DNA from: Mobula hypostoma
Lineage: Eukaryota
Reading direction: 5' to 3'
Assembly: GCF_963921235.1 (NCBI RefSeq)
Contig: NC_086108.1
Location: 34,970,001 to 35,034,000 of the forward strand
DNA: 64,000 nucleotides
Positions 13,455 through 26,164 of this stretch are shown here, piece after piece. The position numbers and the translations under genes were made by a program. Each line of letters begins with the position of its first letter. The first letter of the stretch is position 1. The notes beneath the pieces were generated by a model. The model was not told the DNA's origin. It ran no database searches and saw only the letters and a list, made by a program, of their open reading frames with translations.

Positions 13455-13610
13455 GTGGAATGTGGAAGGAAACTGGAGCACCTACAGAAAACTAATGCGA
13501 TCACAGGGAGAACATACAAACTCCTTACAGACAGAGGTGGGTATTGAACTCTGATCAGTGATTGCTGGTGCTGTAAAGAACTGTGCCAACCACTATGCTA
13601 TCATGTCACC
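13455..13610 (-). mobile_element. V-SINE-like fragment
   Basis: GGAAACTGGAGCACC...ACAGGGAGAACATACAAACTCC is the antisense V-domain signature. Confidence 0.65.
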
Positions 13611-13770
13611 CTTATCTCCCACTAATGCTAATCCATTATGTTTATAACTAGCTGCAATGTCTCTACATATCTGACTGTCAAACATGTCCATTTTCAGTTG
13701 ATGTTGACCTGTAAATCAACATTACAATGCATATTTTAAATATCTTGGTCTAGTAAATATCACTTCTTAC

Positions 13771-13962
13771 CTTCCATTGCAGAGATTTGATTGTCTCTTT
13801 CAGTTTAATTCCTGAGAACATTTCCAGCAAAATTATTCCCAGACTCCAAATATCAACTGCTGTTGTGCATTCTGTATTACTTTCCAATCCCATCTGTGCA
13901 AGAATATTATGCAACTCCGCTTCAGGAGCTCTGTAACCATCCGTTTGGATGTATTTTACATC
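13771..13962 (-). CDS. UHMK1: UHMK1 exon 3
   Basis: 192 nt, AG/GT. DVKYIQTDGYRAPEAEL...AVDIWSLGIILLEMFSGIKLKETIKSLQWK. Confidence 0.97.
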
Positions 13963-14926
13963 CTGCATAGAATATGCAAACAAAGACAGATTATGATTGA
14001 AACTTTGATTACCATATCCTAAAGTAGGTCAAGTAAGCAATTTCCAGATCCTTTCAAGCAAGTTACAGTACTTAATTTAGCTCCTGTAAAGCCCTCTGGA
14101 ACACTGTACTATAATAAAATGCATTTTGCTATTGGAAGATTTATTAATAAATTTACTTTAAGAAAACAACTGTCATATGCCAAAGAAACTGCTTACTCAA
14201 TAAATGGTCAACAACTTCTAACTTCTTGCCAAAATTAACTATAAAAGTTAAAGACAGAAAGCTACATTTTAAAGATTAATTCAATTTATTTTGCTTGATT
14301 GTTCATTTGTAACTACTTAAGATATTTGGCTATTAAAAGCTCAAGCAGTTGATTATGCTTATTATTTCATCCACGGCAACTTCCAATGATTATGTTTAAA
14401 ATTCAGACTTCTGTGAAAGGAATGAACCTTTAATTTTATTGACATAATTTATTTAACATGTAATCTCCCCATAAAAATAGCCAGTTTTTCAAAATTTCAT
14501 GCCTGCTCCTCCTGATATAAAGAAGTTTTCTAACTCGTCATTTACCTCACCAAAAACTACCAGAAATAGTTTTCTGCTTACTAAAACTGTATTGTGATTG
14601 TTGAGTCCTTCAAGATTTAAGCTGCATGTTAACTGCAATTCTGGCACCACCGCTTTCAAACTAGACACTTGATTTGTCTTCCTCAATGCTTACACACCTC
14701 CTTTACTTTAGAAAACTTACTAAAATGTCAGATCAGATAATCCTTTCAAATAAAGTCCAGAAGGAAATGAGCAGTATTACATTTATTTCAATAATATTCA
14801 TTTAAAGTATTAATATCATTGCAAGTTTTTGCTATTAAATAGTGAGCAAATGTTTAACAAACTATGCTTTTAAAAATATTTGAACAATTGTTGCTATATT
14901 CTTACTTAATGAACTATCTAATTTAC

Positions 14927-15219
14927 CTGATTTCCCTCCTGGAAACTAAGCCCAAAGTCTATGAGTTTAAAACATTCATCCTCTGCACTCCAGAGGATGT
15001 TACAAGGTTTGAGGTCTGCATGCACATAACCCTCATGGTGAATAAAAGCCAGTGCATTCAGAACATCCCGTGCACAATGCTGGATCATCCACATCGAATG
15101 CCCTCGATTAATGGAGTGTAGCAGCAACTCAGAGACACTGACATCCAACAGTTCAAGCAAAATGCAGTTGCAACGTTGGTTTGGGTAGGATAAGTTAGAA
15201 AATCTCCCATATAGAGTTA
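14927..15219 (-). CDS. UHMK1: UHMK1 exon 2 (catalytic loop and DFG)
   Basis: AG/GT bounded, 293 nt. (V)TLYGRF...LLELLDVSVSELLLHS...YVHADLKPCNILWSAEDECFKLIDFGLSFQEGNQ, in frame with exon 1. Confidence 0.97.
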
Positions 15220-15915
15220 CTGGAATATAAAGAAGAAATTATGGAATTAATCCACATGAAATGATAGAATATTCCTTTTCTGTTATTGTATTATCTTCGT
15301 CACAAGCTTCCAGTTCTGTGTTGCAAATGCCCGTTTTACTATCACACGAAATAACATTTTAGTGAATGTGTTTTTGGGAATCTTGGTCAATATCAAAGTA
15401 CAAATAACACACACTGATCTTGCAGTTTTAAAATGTATAATCAGATGTATGATACAAATGTTTTAACAGTGCTATTGAAGAAAAAGGGTATTACCTACCA
15501 TCTGCATTAACTTAAAAGATCCTGTGGCACAATTTTGAAGAGCAGGAACGATATCCTTAGTGCTCTAAACAATATTTTTAATATCATCAAAATATAACAC
15601 TGCAGATTGTCAGAGCTCATTGTGTGCAGATTGGCAGATGTTTTCTAGATTATGATTTCACTTCCAAAATACAATATTGGGACTTTTAGAAATGGATATG
15701 AAAGGTGGCATTTCTCTTTGCCTTCCACTGCTGTTTTAAGTACCAGATTTTAAAAATTTACAATGGATATCAGACTGAGAAAAATATGAAAACCATTGTG
15801 CAGAGATGGTAAATTAATTGCAAAATCTTGATCTTAGTTATTGAAATTTGCACTCAAAAGTTTTGACCTCATTTGAAGTGACTTAAACAATGGAGAAAGT
15901 CAGCTTGTTTTGTGT

Positions 15916-16986
15916 AAACAACAGGAATTCTGCAGATGCTGGAAATTCAAGCAACACGCATCGAAGTTGCTGGTGAATGCAGCAGGCCAAGCAGCATCTC
16001 TAGGAAGAGGTACCGTCAACGTTTCAGGCCGAGACCCTTCGTCAGGACTAACTGAAGGAAGAGTTAGTAAGAGATTTGAAAGTGGGAGGGGGAGGGGGAG
16101 ATCCAAAATGATAGGAGAAGACAGGAGGGGGAGGGATGGAGCCAAGAGCTGGACAGGTGATTGGCAAAAGGGATATGAGAGGATCATGGGACAAGAGGTC
16201 CGGGGAGAAAGACCCGGGGGGGGGACCCAGAGGATGGGCAAGAGGTATATTCAGAGGGACAGAGGGAGAAAAAGGAGAGTGAGAGAAAGAATGTGTGTAT
16301 AAAAATAAATAACGGATGGGGTATGAGGGGGAGGTGGGGCATTAACGGAAGTTACAGAAGTCAATGTTCATGCCATCAGGTTGGAGGCTACCCAGACGGA
16401 ATATAAGGTGTTGTTCCTCCAACCTGAGTGTGGCTTCATGTTTACAGTAGAGGAGGCCGTGGATAGACATGTCAGAATGGGAATGGGATGTGGAATTAAA
16501 ATGTGTGGCCACTGGGAGATCCTGCTTTCTCTGACAGACAGAGCGTAGGTGTTCAGCAAAGCGGTCTCCCAGTCTGCGTTGGGTCTCGCCAATATATAGA
16601 AGGCCACATCGGGAGCACCAGACGCAGTATATCACCCCAGCCGACTCACAGGTGAAGTGTCGCCTCACCTGGAAGGACTGTCTGGGGCCCTGAATGGTGA
16701 TAAGGGAGGAAGTGTAAGGGCATGTGTAGCACTTGTTCCGCTTACAAGGATAAGTGCCAGGAGGGAGATCAGTGGGGAGGGATGGGGGGAACGAATGGAC
16801 AAGGGAGTCGCGTAGGGAGCGATCCCTGTGGAAAGCAGACGGGGGGAGGGAAAGATGTGTTTAGTGGTGGGATCCCGTTGGAGGTGGCGGAAGTTACGGA
16901 GAATAATATGTTGGACCCGGAGGCTGTACCTCTTCCTAGAGATGCTGCCTTGGCCTGCTGCGTTCACCAGCAACTTTGATGTGTGT
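15916..16986 (-). mobile_element. 5'-truncated Penelope-like element (GIY-YIG, pLTR, inverted 5' piece)
   Basis: ORF 16342-16668 VIYCVWCSRCGLLYIGETQRRLGDRFAEH. 14-bp TSD AGCTTGTTTTGTGT at 15902-15915 and 16987-17000. Inverted pLTR piece at ~16924-16986. Confidence 0.92.
16014..16049 (-). ncRNA. Minimal type-I hammerhead ribozyme motif (GUU site)
   Basis: Minus strand agtc-CTGACGA-agg gtctcgg cct-GAAAC-GTT-gac: both core boxes intact, 3-bp stem II, palindromic ACGT in place of stem III. Confidence 0.8.
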
Positions 16987-17176
16987 AGCTTGTTTTGTGT
17001 TCTCATTACCAAGACTGCATAAACAACTTCCTTTGAAAAAGTCAATACACTACCAGGGAATAGCCAAACCACTGATTTAAATGTATAAATTATATTTCTA
17101 ACTCCAGTTCCTTTTTAAACTTATTTGCAAAACCACTTTTGTACTTCAGGGGGATTAGAAAGCTTCCTTTCCATCT

Positions 17177-17312
17177 CGCAAACATGAGGAAATCTGCAGA
17201 TGCTGGAATTTCAAGCAACACACATAAAAATTGCTGGCTAGGCAGCATCTATAGGAAGAGGTACAGTCGACGTTTCGGGCCGAGACCCATCATCAGGACT
17301 GACGAAGGGTCT
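17177..17312 (-). mobile_element. 136-bp solo Penelope pLTR insertion
   Basis: Same pLTR as 15916-16050; perfect 14-bp TSD CTTCCTTTCCATCT at 17163-17176 and 17313-17326. Confidence 0.9.
17264..17301 (-). ncRNA. Minimal type-I hammerhead ribozyme motif (GUC site)
   Basis: Minus strand cagtc-CTGATGA-tgggtctcggccc-GAAAC-GTC-gactg: 5-bp stem I, canonical core and GUC triplet. Confidence 0.8.
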
Positions 17313-20300
17313 CTTCCTTTCCATCTGATGTGTTTTCACGTGCCCAAAGTCACTTCACAGCTTTGTTATCAAATGTTACAAGTAATTTGCATCACAGAAT
17401 GAAATGAATAAACAATTGTTTCCTAAAGCTGGTCAAGAGTTTAAAATGTTAAGATGTTAAAAATTCAAAATGTTGAGGAACAGGAAAACCCCTCCTTTAC
17501 AAATAGGACCCTGTTGGTATTTTAAGTCGGTGGTGCATAAATTTACAGTCCAATCTGACAAAAATATTTGGCCACTGCAACACCATTAACTCCCATGGAG
17601 AGAAAATGGTTTTGAGGAGGCAGGCAAGTTTCAGGAAAACACTTAAAAAGCTGGAGGAACTCAGTGGGTCAGACTGCACCTATGGTGGCAAGGGCTAACC
17701 AATGCTTTGAGTTGACACCCTTCATCAGAACTTAAGTAATTTACATCCAGTTTCAGCTAATTTACTTTTTATAAATATTTAAAACTTTTAGAAATACCAT
17801 GATTCCTTAATTTAAAATATTTTCTGATCATTATTCATTCCTACAAATTCCCAAATATTTTCAACTTGATGCAAGTATGCAAGAATATGGGAGGCATAAA
17901 TGGTATAATCAAAGTATTTTTCTCATTTAGGGGTATTAAAACCAAGAGGGCATAGAGCTGAAGCAAGAGATCGAAATTTTTAAGAGGTCTGTTTTTACTA
18001 AGGGAATCAGACATAATTACAACATTTATGAGGCACTTAGACAGACACTTAAATAGGCAAGGCAGAGAAGGATGTTGTCCTGCAGGGAAAGGGGATTAGC
18101 ACAGATGAGCAAAACAGTTTGCATTGATGTGGTGGACCAAAGTGTTGATGTGTTATACAAATCTATACTCATACATGTACTCAGTGTTTTGCCAGCTTAA
18201 GTAACTGTCATAGCATTTCTGGAAGTAGAGCCCATCACGTATTGCAGGATAAACCTCTATCCAGGAGCCTGGCTTCAGGGAGAAAACCATTGCTGCAGCT
18301 ACTAGAGTGGAAACTCACATGGCAAATGAAAGGAAACATTGTGCAGGTCAATTGTACTAAATGACACTGTAATATTTGTATGCCTTTCTACTAAGCTGAG
18401 CCCAAGAGCTGGTAAATGAAGATGTCTTTGCTGTAATTCAATTATTTTTGGAAAGTTTACATATACCATAAAAAATTTAAATATGTCATTACTAAAGTTT
18501 AAGTAGCTATTTATCAACAGAGACAGCTCCATTTACTGGGTCTACCCATTTTTGAACCTATTTTAAACTTTGGATGAATTCATGTGTTAACATCTTTTGT
18601 TTCTGTAATATCTATTGTATCACTGGCCACGATGTTAAACTGAAGCCTAGTCATGTGGATATAAAAGATAATGTGACATTATCTGAAGGCAAGCAAGAGG
18701 TTTGCTGTCTTCCTTCCATTTATAATCATCCTTCAAACACATTAAATTGTAATGGGACAGCACACTTGTGCAGCTGTACAGATTCTGCTTCCCAGCTCCA
18801 ACGAAGAGTTCAGTCCTGGTCCCTAGTGTTATATGTGTGGAATTTCCACTCTCTGGGATGCTCCAATTTCATCAAAAAATCCATGGTTTGCTGGATTAAT
18901 TGTCTTCATCGTGTAGATGAGTGTAGAATAATGGGGGAGGGGAGAGAAAGAGGAATTGATGGGAATATGGGAAATAGGCTAGGATATGATTGGTGTAAAA
19001 AATTGGTGCTTGCTGGTCGGCACAGACTTGGTGAGCTGTCTTCATTACTATTAACCGGTCATTTGTCTCTCTTGCTGTTTATAGAATATAGCTGCATCTT
19101 CATAATGCCAATGGCCACTTTATTAGATATGAAAGCTTTTGGAGCATTCTGCACTTGAGGTAATGCTTGAAATGAAATTCTTCAAATGTTGTTTTGTTTT
19201 ACTGGAATCTAACCCTGAACCCAAATTAGATCTAATATATAAAGGCCTATTAAATTATTTCCCATTTTAATTTTATACAGGGGGTTCTAAACATACTATG
19301 CTCTGTAAATCAAATGATTTAGATTTCTAAGAAAGGAATGTCCTTTCAGATAAAATAATCAGTGCTGATGGGACTAATAGCAAGCAGTACTAGATAAACA
19401 CTTTACACTACACAGTATTAGATCTGCACTCTATGAATCATCCTGATCCAGTGCATTTCAAATTTTGGTGGTAAAATCAATATTTGAGTATAACTGATTT
19501 GATGAAATTACTTTACAATGTATTCACTATCTTTACTGTCCTGTTCAGAAATGCAGAGTTTAATTACAAGTTATGTTCATATTTTTAAACAACTAAAGGA
19601 CTTTTGGAAACCTAGTTAACTTTAACATTGCATACCAACAACAAATTCACATTTAATTCTACTTTTAAAGCACTTCAGTGGGGCTTTTTTATACAATACT
19701 GAGGGTCTACATTTTTGATCATTTGCATTTCTTTTAAAGCTCTGGATATCCAAGAGCTGTGTGGCTGCAGGTATAAATTGATCCACCCTTTTCAAATGGA
19801 AAAGGCTTGCCCGTCAGAGTGATGTATCGTCTGGGTAACTTGATCCGAAAAGACATTAGAATGTTCTTCTCTTATCTGTTGTTAAATTTCCTGGAACTTT
19901 TGCTACACTACCAAAAGTTACAAATTATATGCGCCTGCTTAAATAAAAATTGTAGCTGTATACGTTTATCCTCTATCATTCTTTTGACCTTCCTCAATAC
20001 TATAATACTAAGGAAACAAATTAATATAACAGAAGAGTAAAATAAAAATCTTAAATAAAAACAGAAGCTAGAAATATTCAGCAGGTCAGGAAACAACGCA
20101 GTTAATGTTTCAGAACAATTTTTTTATATCATAACTGGTGAAAGTTGAGGAGAAATATACATTAATATGCAGGAAGAAAGAACAAAAGGGGATGTCTGTA
20201 GAAGGGTATGAGACAAGACAGCACAAATGACAAAATGAGTTTACACTGCAAAATAAAAATATTGTACTTAATGACTTCCTGGTCCTTGTTCCCGTATTGT

Positions 20301-23300
20301 GTTGTACTTTATTTTGTAATTTTACATTTGTTTCAATACAGTTGCTTTTCCTTGATTTCATTTTCATTGATCCAATTATGTGCTTATTACATTCGATCCT
20401 TTGCTTTCCCAGGATATTTAACCTTTAATTTTAAAAGTAGCCACTTATACTTTCAGAATTACTTTCGCATAATCTTCTTTAATATTACTCAGCTCAATAA
20501 ACACATTATATGTGTGGTTTGATTATTTACTGGACTGCTCACTATGATATTGCAAGAACTACTGCATCATAATCATTACCACCAGTTTACTGAATCCACA
20601 TGGCACAACTTCCCAGGCTCTATCTAGTTACGCGTGGGACAAATACTGCCATCTGTGAGACAAATATTTTTATAATAGAAGAGAAATGGCACATGGAAAT
20701 GTAATGAAGTACCTTTTCTAGAGCATTAAATTACTGTCATTGTCAAAGATACAGTTTACCCAATCACATAATGATACTATAAAATAATTACTTCCTAATT
20801 GTGATTGCACTTATTATGGCTCAAATGGAAGAGACATTTGATTCAACCATAGAGGGAAAGGACCTCTTTTCAAGCCAGCTGTGACAATGGTAAAGTCAAA
20901 TTAAGTTCAAACATCTGATCAGAACAGAAGTCGTGATGTGCTGAATAAAAACTTGTTCTATTAATATAGTGAGCAACAAATGAAGAATCCAAAATGGAGA
21001 AGACAGTAAACAATGTGGAAATTAACAATGGAAAAAAACATTTTTACAGAAGCATAGTGTTTAAAACTAAACATTAAAATATTAGTTGCATTATTTCAGT
21101 TCCTATCATAAGTTCCTCTGAAGCCAAGGTCTTTCGGATAGAGCATTTTGATCAGAGTGTGGGTATGATACAAAATCTTCAAATGTTGTTCTAGCTATGC
21201 TTTCATATTTACCAAGAGGACAGTGTTCTCCCTGTTCTGACCTTCTACAAATAATTGTAACATCACTGCAATGTCACAAGGTATGTATAAGATATGATAC
21301 AATTGTAAAATACATGTTACTCTCCTCCATGCATTTTTCCAAGTGCTTTGATAACAAGGGCCAAGAAAAAAAATTGCGTACTAAAAAATCCTCATTGCAT
21401 AGAAATAGAAATGAGTAACCAGTATAGTGATTGTGCAAAACATCTGATGTGATAGACTGGGATGCGTGTTAATCAGCACACAATTTGTTTGTTCATCAAT
21501 TTATTTTCATACAATCCTCTTCAGCCTTCAACACCTGCAGTGATCACAATATATTTTTAATTGAAATTATACACACTGAAACAGTTGTGCACACAAATAA
21601 TTGGAAAATTAAAACTTCTTTTGCCACATGAACTTGTTTTCAGGTTGATATAAAAGATATTTTAATATTCAAACAGAAATGCAATTCACTCTGTTGAACT
21701 GTCTAAAAATACATTATTATTAGGTACACCTAATCACTAGTTTAGTAACAGTACAGCACTCCAATCATTTTGCATTACATGGACTTTTTTTTTATCCTAA
21801 TTGTTTTCTTTCTCGTAAAAGTTGTTTAAGTTCTTCTTGTGAATCATCTGTCTTTGATGCTATATTCCTAAGATGCTGCTGCAGGTAACATTTTTTCATT
21901 GCTCCTGTGCATACATGTACTTGTGCAAATGACTATGTACTCAACTTTTACTTTTGATATTCTGTATTTAAGCTGGTTCCTGGTTTTCTACATTACTCCT
22001 ACACTTAAAGTATTGTTTGCCGGAAAGGTGCAAAAGAAATTGAGTATTTTTTCCCCATTTAGAAAAATTGGCTACAGGCCTCTCAAAAAGGTAGGGCAAC
22101 AAACTTAAGATTGTTTTTTTTTGAATAAGTATGCCTTCCCCCAGGGATATTCACATGTGCACTGGTTTCCTGGTGTAAATTCATTCTAGAAAGTTTCTCA
22201 TCACTTACATTTTCATGATTCCAAACGACAAGGAACATGTGTTTCATCCATTTATGTCTGTACTGAATATGCTTAATGTTAACTGCAATATATCTTGACA
22301 GTGATAATTTATGTATACTTCTCATTGAGCTATTTGAATACCTGTAATACTAATGGCTGTACAGTTGCCTTCTTCAAATGGACACTGATTTGGAAAAAAA
22401 AGGCAAGGAGCAATTAGATTACAGTCCACATGATATGCAAATTCTAATTTACCACCTCATTTTTATTCAACGTAATCTAGTTTTAGTAGCATTACATACT
22501 GCAGTGCATCAAGATTATGCTTAGTCTACCTGTACACTCAGATCATTGTAAAACACTTGGTAGCCAATAAAGCTCTTCTAAAGTAGAGCTATGTTTAAAC
22601 ACAGCAAAAGAATATGCAAACAACTGGCAATTATTAACTTATTTTGGATACTGACTGGGCGTAAATACTGAAACATTTCCCTGAAATTGTGCCACAGCAT
22701 ATTTTATATTAACCCAATGGAGCAGATGGGGTCTGATATAAATTTGTTTGTATAGCGGCATCTGTGATAGGCTGAAACTTACTAATTGTGTTACATAAAT
22801 TTAATGATCCAATTGCTGCAGTATCATTTCTTTCCATTTATGCCTTGTTCTGTCATTTCTGCAAATAGACCCAAACAGAAACATCTGATCATAAAGTATG
22901 AGGTGAAGATATGTAATGGTCTAACACCCATTACTAAATGGAAAATGACAGAAATGAACCAAATCAGCATCTGTAAAGAAACACACATTAACAATGCGGG
23001 ACAGTGATTTGGGAATTAGGTCCTTCACACCTACACTTTAGTTTTGATTGGCAGGGTGGGTGGTGAATTTGGCAGCAACCCACTATAGGCTTTTCGCACG
23101 TACAGAGCGTGGGTTGCTATCAAGTTCACACAAAAAGATGGGCATTATTCCACACTTGTTGGTGTCAAAATGCAGTCGCTGAGAATGTACGTGGAGCAGA
23201 GAAGGGCAACACAAGCTGCAAGGACAAGTGGTTGGGGATGGCGAACGGCAGGCGGAACTGAGGATGCAGCATCAGTGGTTAGGTGTGGATGGGGGTAATA

Positions 23301-23419
23301 TGCATGGGCCGGGGGCAATGTATAAAAGGGTGAGTGTGGGTGGGGTGGGATAGCGTATGTGTGTGTGTGGGGGGGGGGAAGAAAACAGAAGGGTAGCGTG
23401 TACCTAGGGTTGTGGGGAG

Positions 23420-24160
23420 GGCAATACATACTGGGACGGGGTGGCGTGTACCGGGGAACGTCCTTGCCCACAGGTGCCCCGGGCTCCGCTCCCACCAGTC
23501 CCTCGGATATTTACCGATGTTCCTGTGGCCCTGCAAGTCCTCCAGGACCCCGCTCTCCGTCAGGAAGCCGTAGTCTGACTTGGTGTCATGAACGAATTGT
23601 TTGACGGCGGCCCGCGCCGTCCCCGACGTCACACCATAGACAGCGGCCGAGGAGCCTTTGCCGAGGCATCGCTGCGCCCGCCACAGGCGCCCATTGGCCT
23701 GGAAGACTCCCGACGGCGGAAGAACATTGCAGCCCCGCTCCGGCTCTGAGTACCAACCGCGCGCCGCTCCGCCACCGCCGCCGCCACAACCACCGCGGTA
23801 TCTGGGTCTCGGCCTCGACCCGCCATACATCGCCATGACGTGGCGGCGGCTCGGACGAACTCGCGATCGGCCTTGGTGCGACAGCCTGACTGTAAACAAG
23901 GCCGTGGGTCCGGGGCCGACTCCGCCGCCACCCGTTCGATCGATCGGGCCTACACGGTCACGTCATCGCCACGCCCCTTTTCAGAGCCCTACAAACAAAC
24001 GCATGACGTAATTAACTCCGGGTCTCTGATTGGGTTATTCAGGGTCCGGAAAACCGAGTCTCATCGAGCGAGACGAGTGTCGAGTTCGTGAAGCCTCTGA
24101 AGTTCACCGGAGGTTCGACACTTCAATGAAAGGGCGACCCGTCCCGGGCGGTCACATGAG
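23420..24160 (-). promoter_or_regulatory. CpG island / UHMK1 promoter
   Basis: Sharp GC/CpG rise over exon 1 and upstream. CRE-like TCACGTCA (~23958) and TGACGTAA (~24005); ATTGG (CCAAT on minus) at ~24029. Confidence 0.8.
23515..23836 (-). CDS. UHMK1: UHMK1 (KIS) Ser/Thr kinase, coding exon 1
   Basis: Translates MAMYGG...GRLWRAQRCLGKGSSAAVYGV...AVKQF...DYGFLTESGVLEDLQGHRNI. Gly-loop and Lys resemble the KIS N-lobe. Phase-1 GTAAAT donor; lies in a CpG island. Confidence 0.93.
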
Positions 24161-24773
24161 TGACAAAGCTGCCCCAGTTAGGAGCTTTAATGCCCATATA
24201 CATATGTTTTTTAATGTTTCTTTAAACAGGGCACTTTTTATTCTCCGTGGAGGAAAAACATCGGAAAGTTACTTCGCAGTGGCTAATTGGTGGCCAGTAG
24301 CACCTCTCACACACAAAACAAAAAATAACTTTACTGGAACTGCTTAACCAAGTCACTCTGCCTTGAAGCAGTTCCGCACCGTTAAAATTTTCCACTGGGT
24401 AGATACATCTATCAGTAAAATTTTCCATTTTGTTTAATGGTGTTCCATTTTTATTCCCTTAAAATTAACGTTGATATTCAAATTATTTTGCTAACTTAAT
24501 TTATTATGCCCTTAATCTTTTTGTGAAACTTAAGTAATTATCTCTATACATCTCCCAATATAGTTCTTAAGTTTTATTTTGCATACCCTAAATTTATTAC
24601 AAAGTCTTTTAAATTTACCTTTTATTTTTACAAATCAATTTTGTATTCATTGACTATTTATAACCACTATACCGTAACTTGATATGCTTTTTAATCATGC
24701 CTAACAACTTTGGTGTTAATTTTTTTAATTCTCTAACTCTCCTTTTTCTAGTTTAAAGTCAGATCACCAGCCT

Positions 24774-25731
24774 CCAACGGGATCCCACCGCTAAGCACAT
24801 CTGTCCCTCCAGCCCCCCACCCCGCTTTCCGCAGGGATCGCTCCCTACGCGACTCCCTTGTCCATTCGTCCCTACTATCCCTTCCCACCGATCTCCCTCC
24901 CGGCACTTGTAAGCGGAACAAGTGCTATACATGACCTTACACTTCCTCCCTTACCACCATTCAGGGCCCCAGACAGTCCTTCCAGGTGAGGCGACACTTC
25001 CCTTGTGAGTCGGCTGGGGTAATATACTGCGTCCAGTGCTCCCAATGCGGCCTTCTATATATTGGCGAGACCCGACGCAGACTGGGAGACCTTTGCTGAA
25101 CACCTACGCTCTGTCCGCCAGAGAAAGCAGGATCTCCCAGTGGCCACACATTGTAATTCCACGTCCCATTCCCATTCTGATATGTCTATCCACGGCCTCC
25201 TCGACTATCAAGATGAAGCCACACTCAGGTTGGAGGAACACCACCTTGTATTCCGTCTGGGTAGCCTCCAACCTGATGGCATGAACATTGACTTCTCCAA
25301 CTTCCGTTAATGCCCCACCTCCCCCTGGTACCCCATCCATTATTTATTTATTATGATTATTTTCTCTCTCTCCTTTCTCTCCCTCTGTCCCTCTCACTAT
25401 ACTCCTTGCCTATCCTCTGGGCTTTCCCCCTCCCCCTTTCTTTCTCCCTAGGCCTCCCATCCCATGATCCTCTCATATCCCTTTTGCCAATCAACTTTAC
25501 AGCTCTTAGCTCCATCCCTCCCCCTCCTGTCTTCTCTTATCATTTCTGATCTCCCCCTCCCTCTCCCACTTTCAAATCTCTTACTATCTCTTCTTTCAGT
25601 TTGTCCTGATAAAGGGTCTCGGCCTGAAACATGGACTGTACCTCTTCCTATAGATGCTGCCTGGCCTGCTGCGTTCACCAGCAATTTTTATGTGTTGCTT
25701 GAAATTCCAGCATCTGCAGATTTCCTTGTGT
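24774..25731 (+). mobile_element. 5'-truncated Penelope-like element between the two promoters
   Basis: GIY-YIG remnant (VIYCVQCSQCGLLYIGETRRRLG); pLTR with mutated hammerhead at 25602-25637 (CTGATAA, GAAACATG); TSD TCACCA(G/A)CCT. Confidence 0.9.
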
Positions 25732-26164
25732 TCACCAACCTTACTCATCCTTTTCTCTTTCATCCAACAGTAAAGATAATTAATAACCATAACTGGGTAA
25801 TTGTTTGCTTCCAAAAGGAAGCCAATAGTTGTGTACACTTAAGAACAATGGGCCCATATCCTCTATATAGTTGTGTGGATTCATTTCTATATATTATTTG
25901 TGATATTTCAATGTTTTAAATATCAAAATAGACTACAGATCACACGTACTTTGATATTCCTCTTTATGTTATTTTAATAAGAACATTAGTTCAACTATTT
26001 TCATTATTAATTCTCAAATATATTTAATTTCAATTTAACATTATTCTCCAATATGTATAAAACATGAACATACTTTTGGCGAAAACATTCTTCTGCCATT
26101 CTGCAATGATCTCATCAGTTAATGATCTTCTTTTGTTTTTTTTCCTTTTATAATACCAACCACC

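Noticed and set aside
17690..17732. Further hammerhead-like CTGATGA on the minus strand
   Set aside because: GAAAC box and cleavage site are decayed; old pLTR remnant.
18574..19158. 194-aa plus-strand ORF
   Set aside because: No recognisable domain; antisense in an intron and overlapping decayed repeat sequence.
23279..23514. ORF read-through past UHMK1 exon 1
   Set aside because: Intronic; a GT donor follows GHRNI and exon 2 continues the kinase.
23837..23899. Longer UHMK1 start suggested by the ORF track (MFTVRL...)
   Set aside because: Begins at a non-ATG codon; the first ATG in frame is at 23836.
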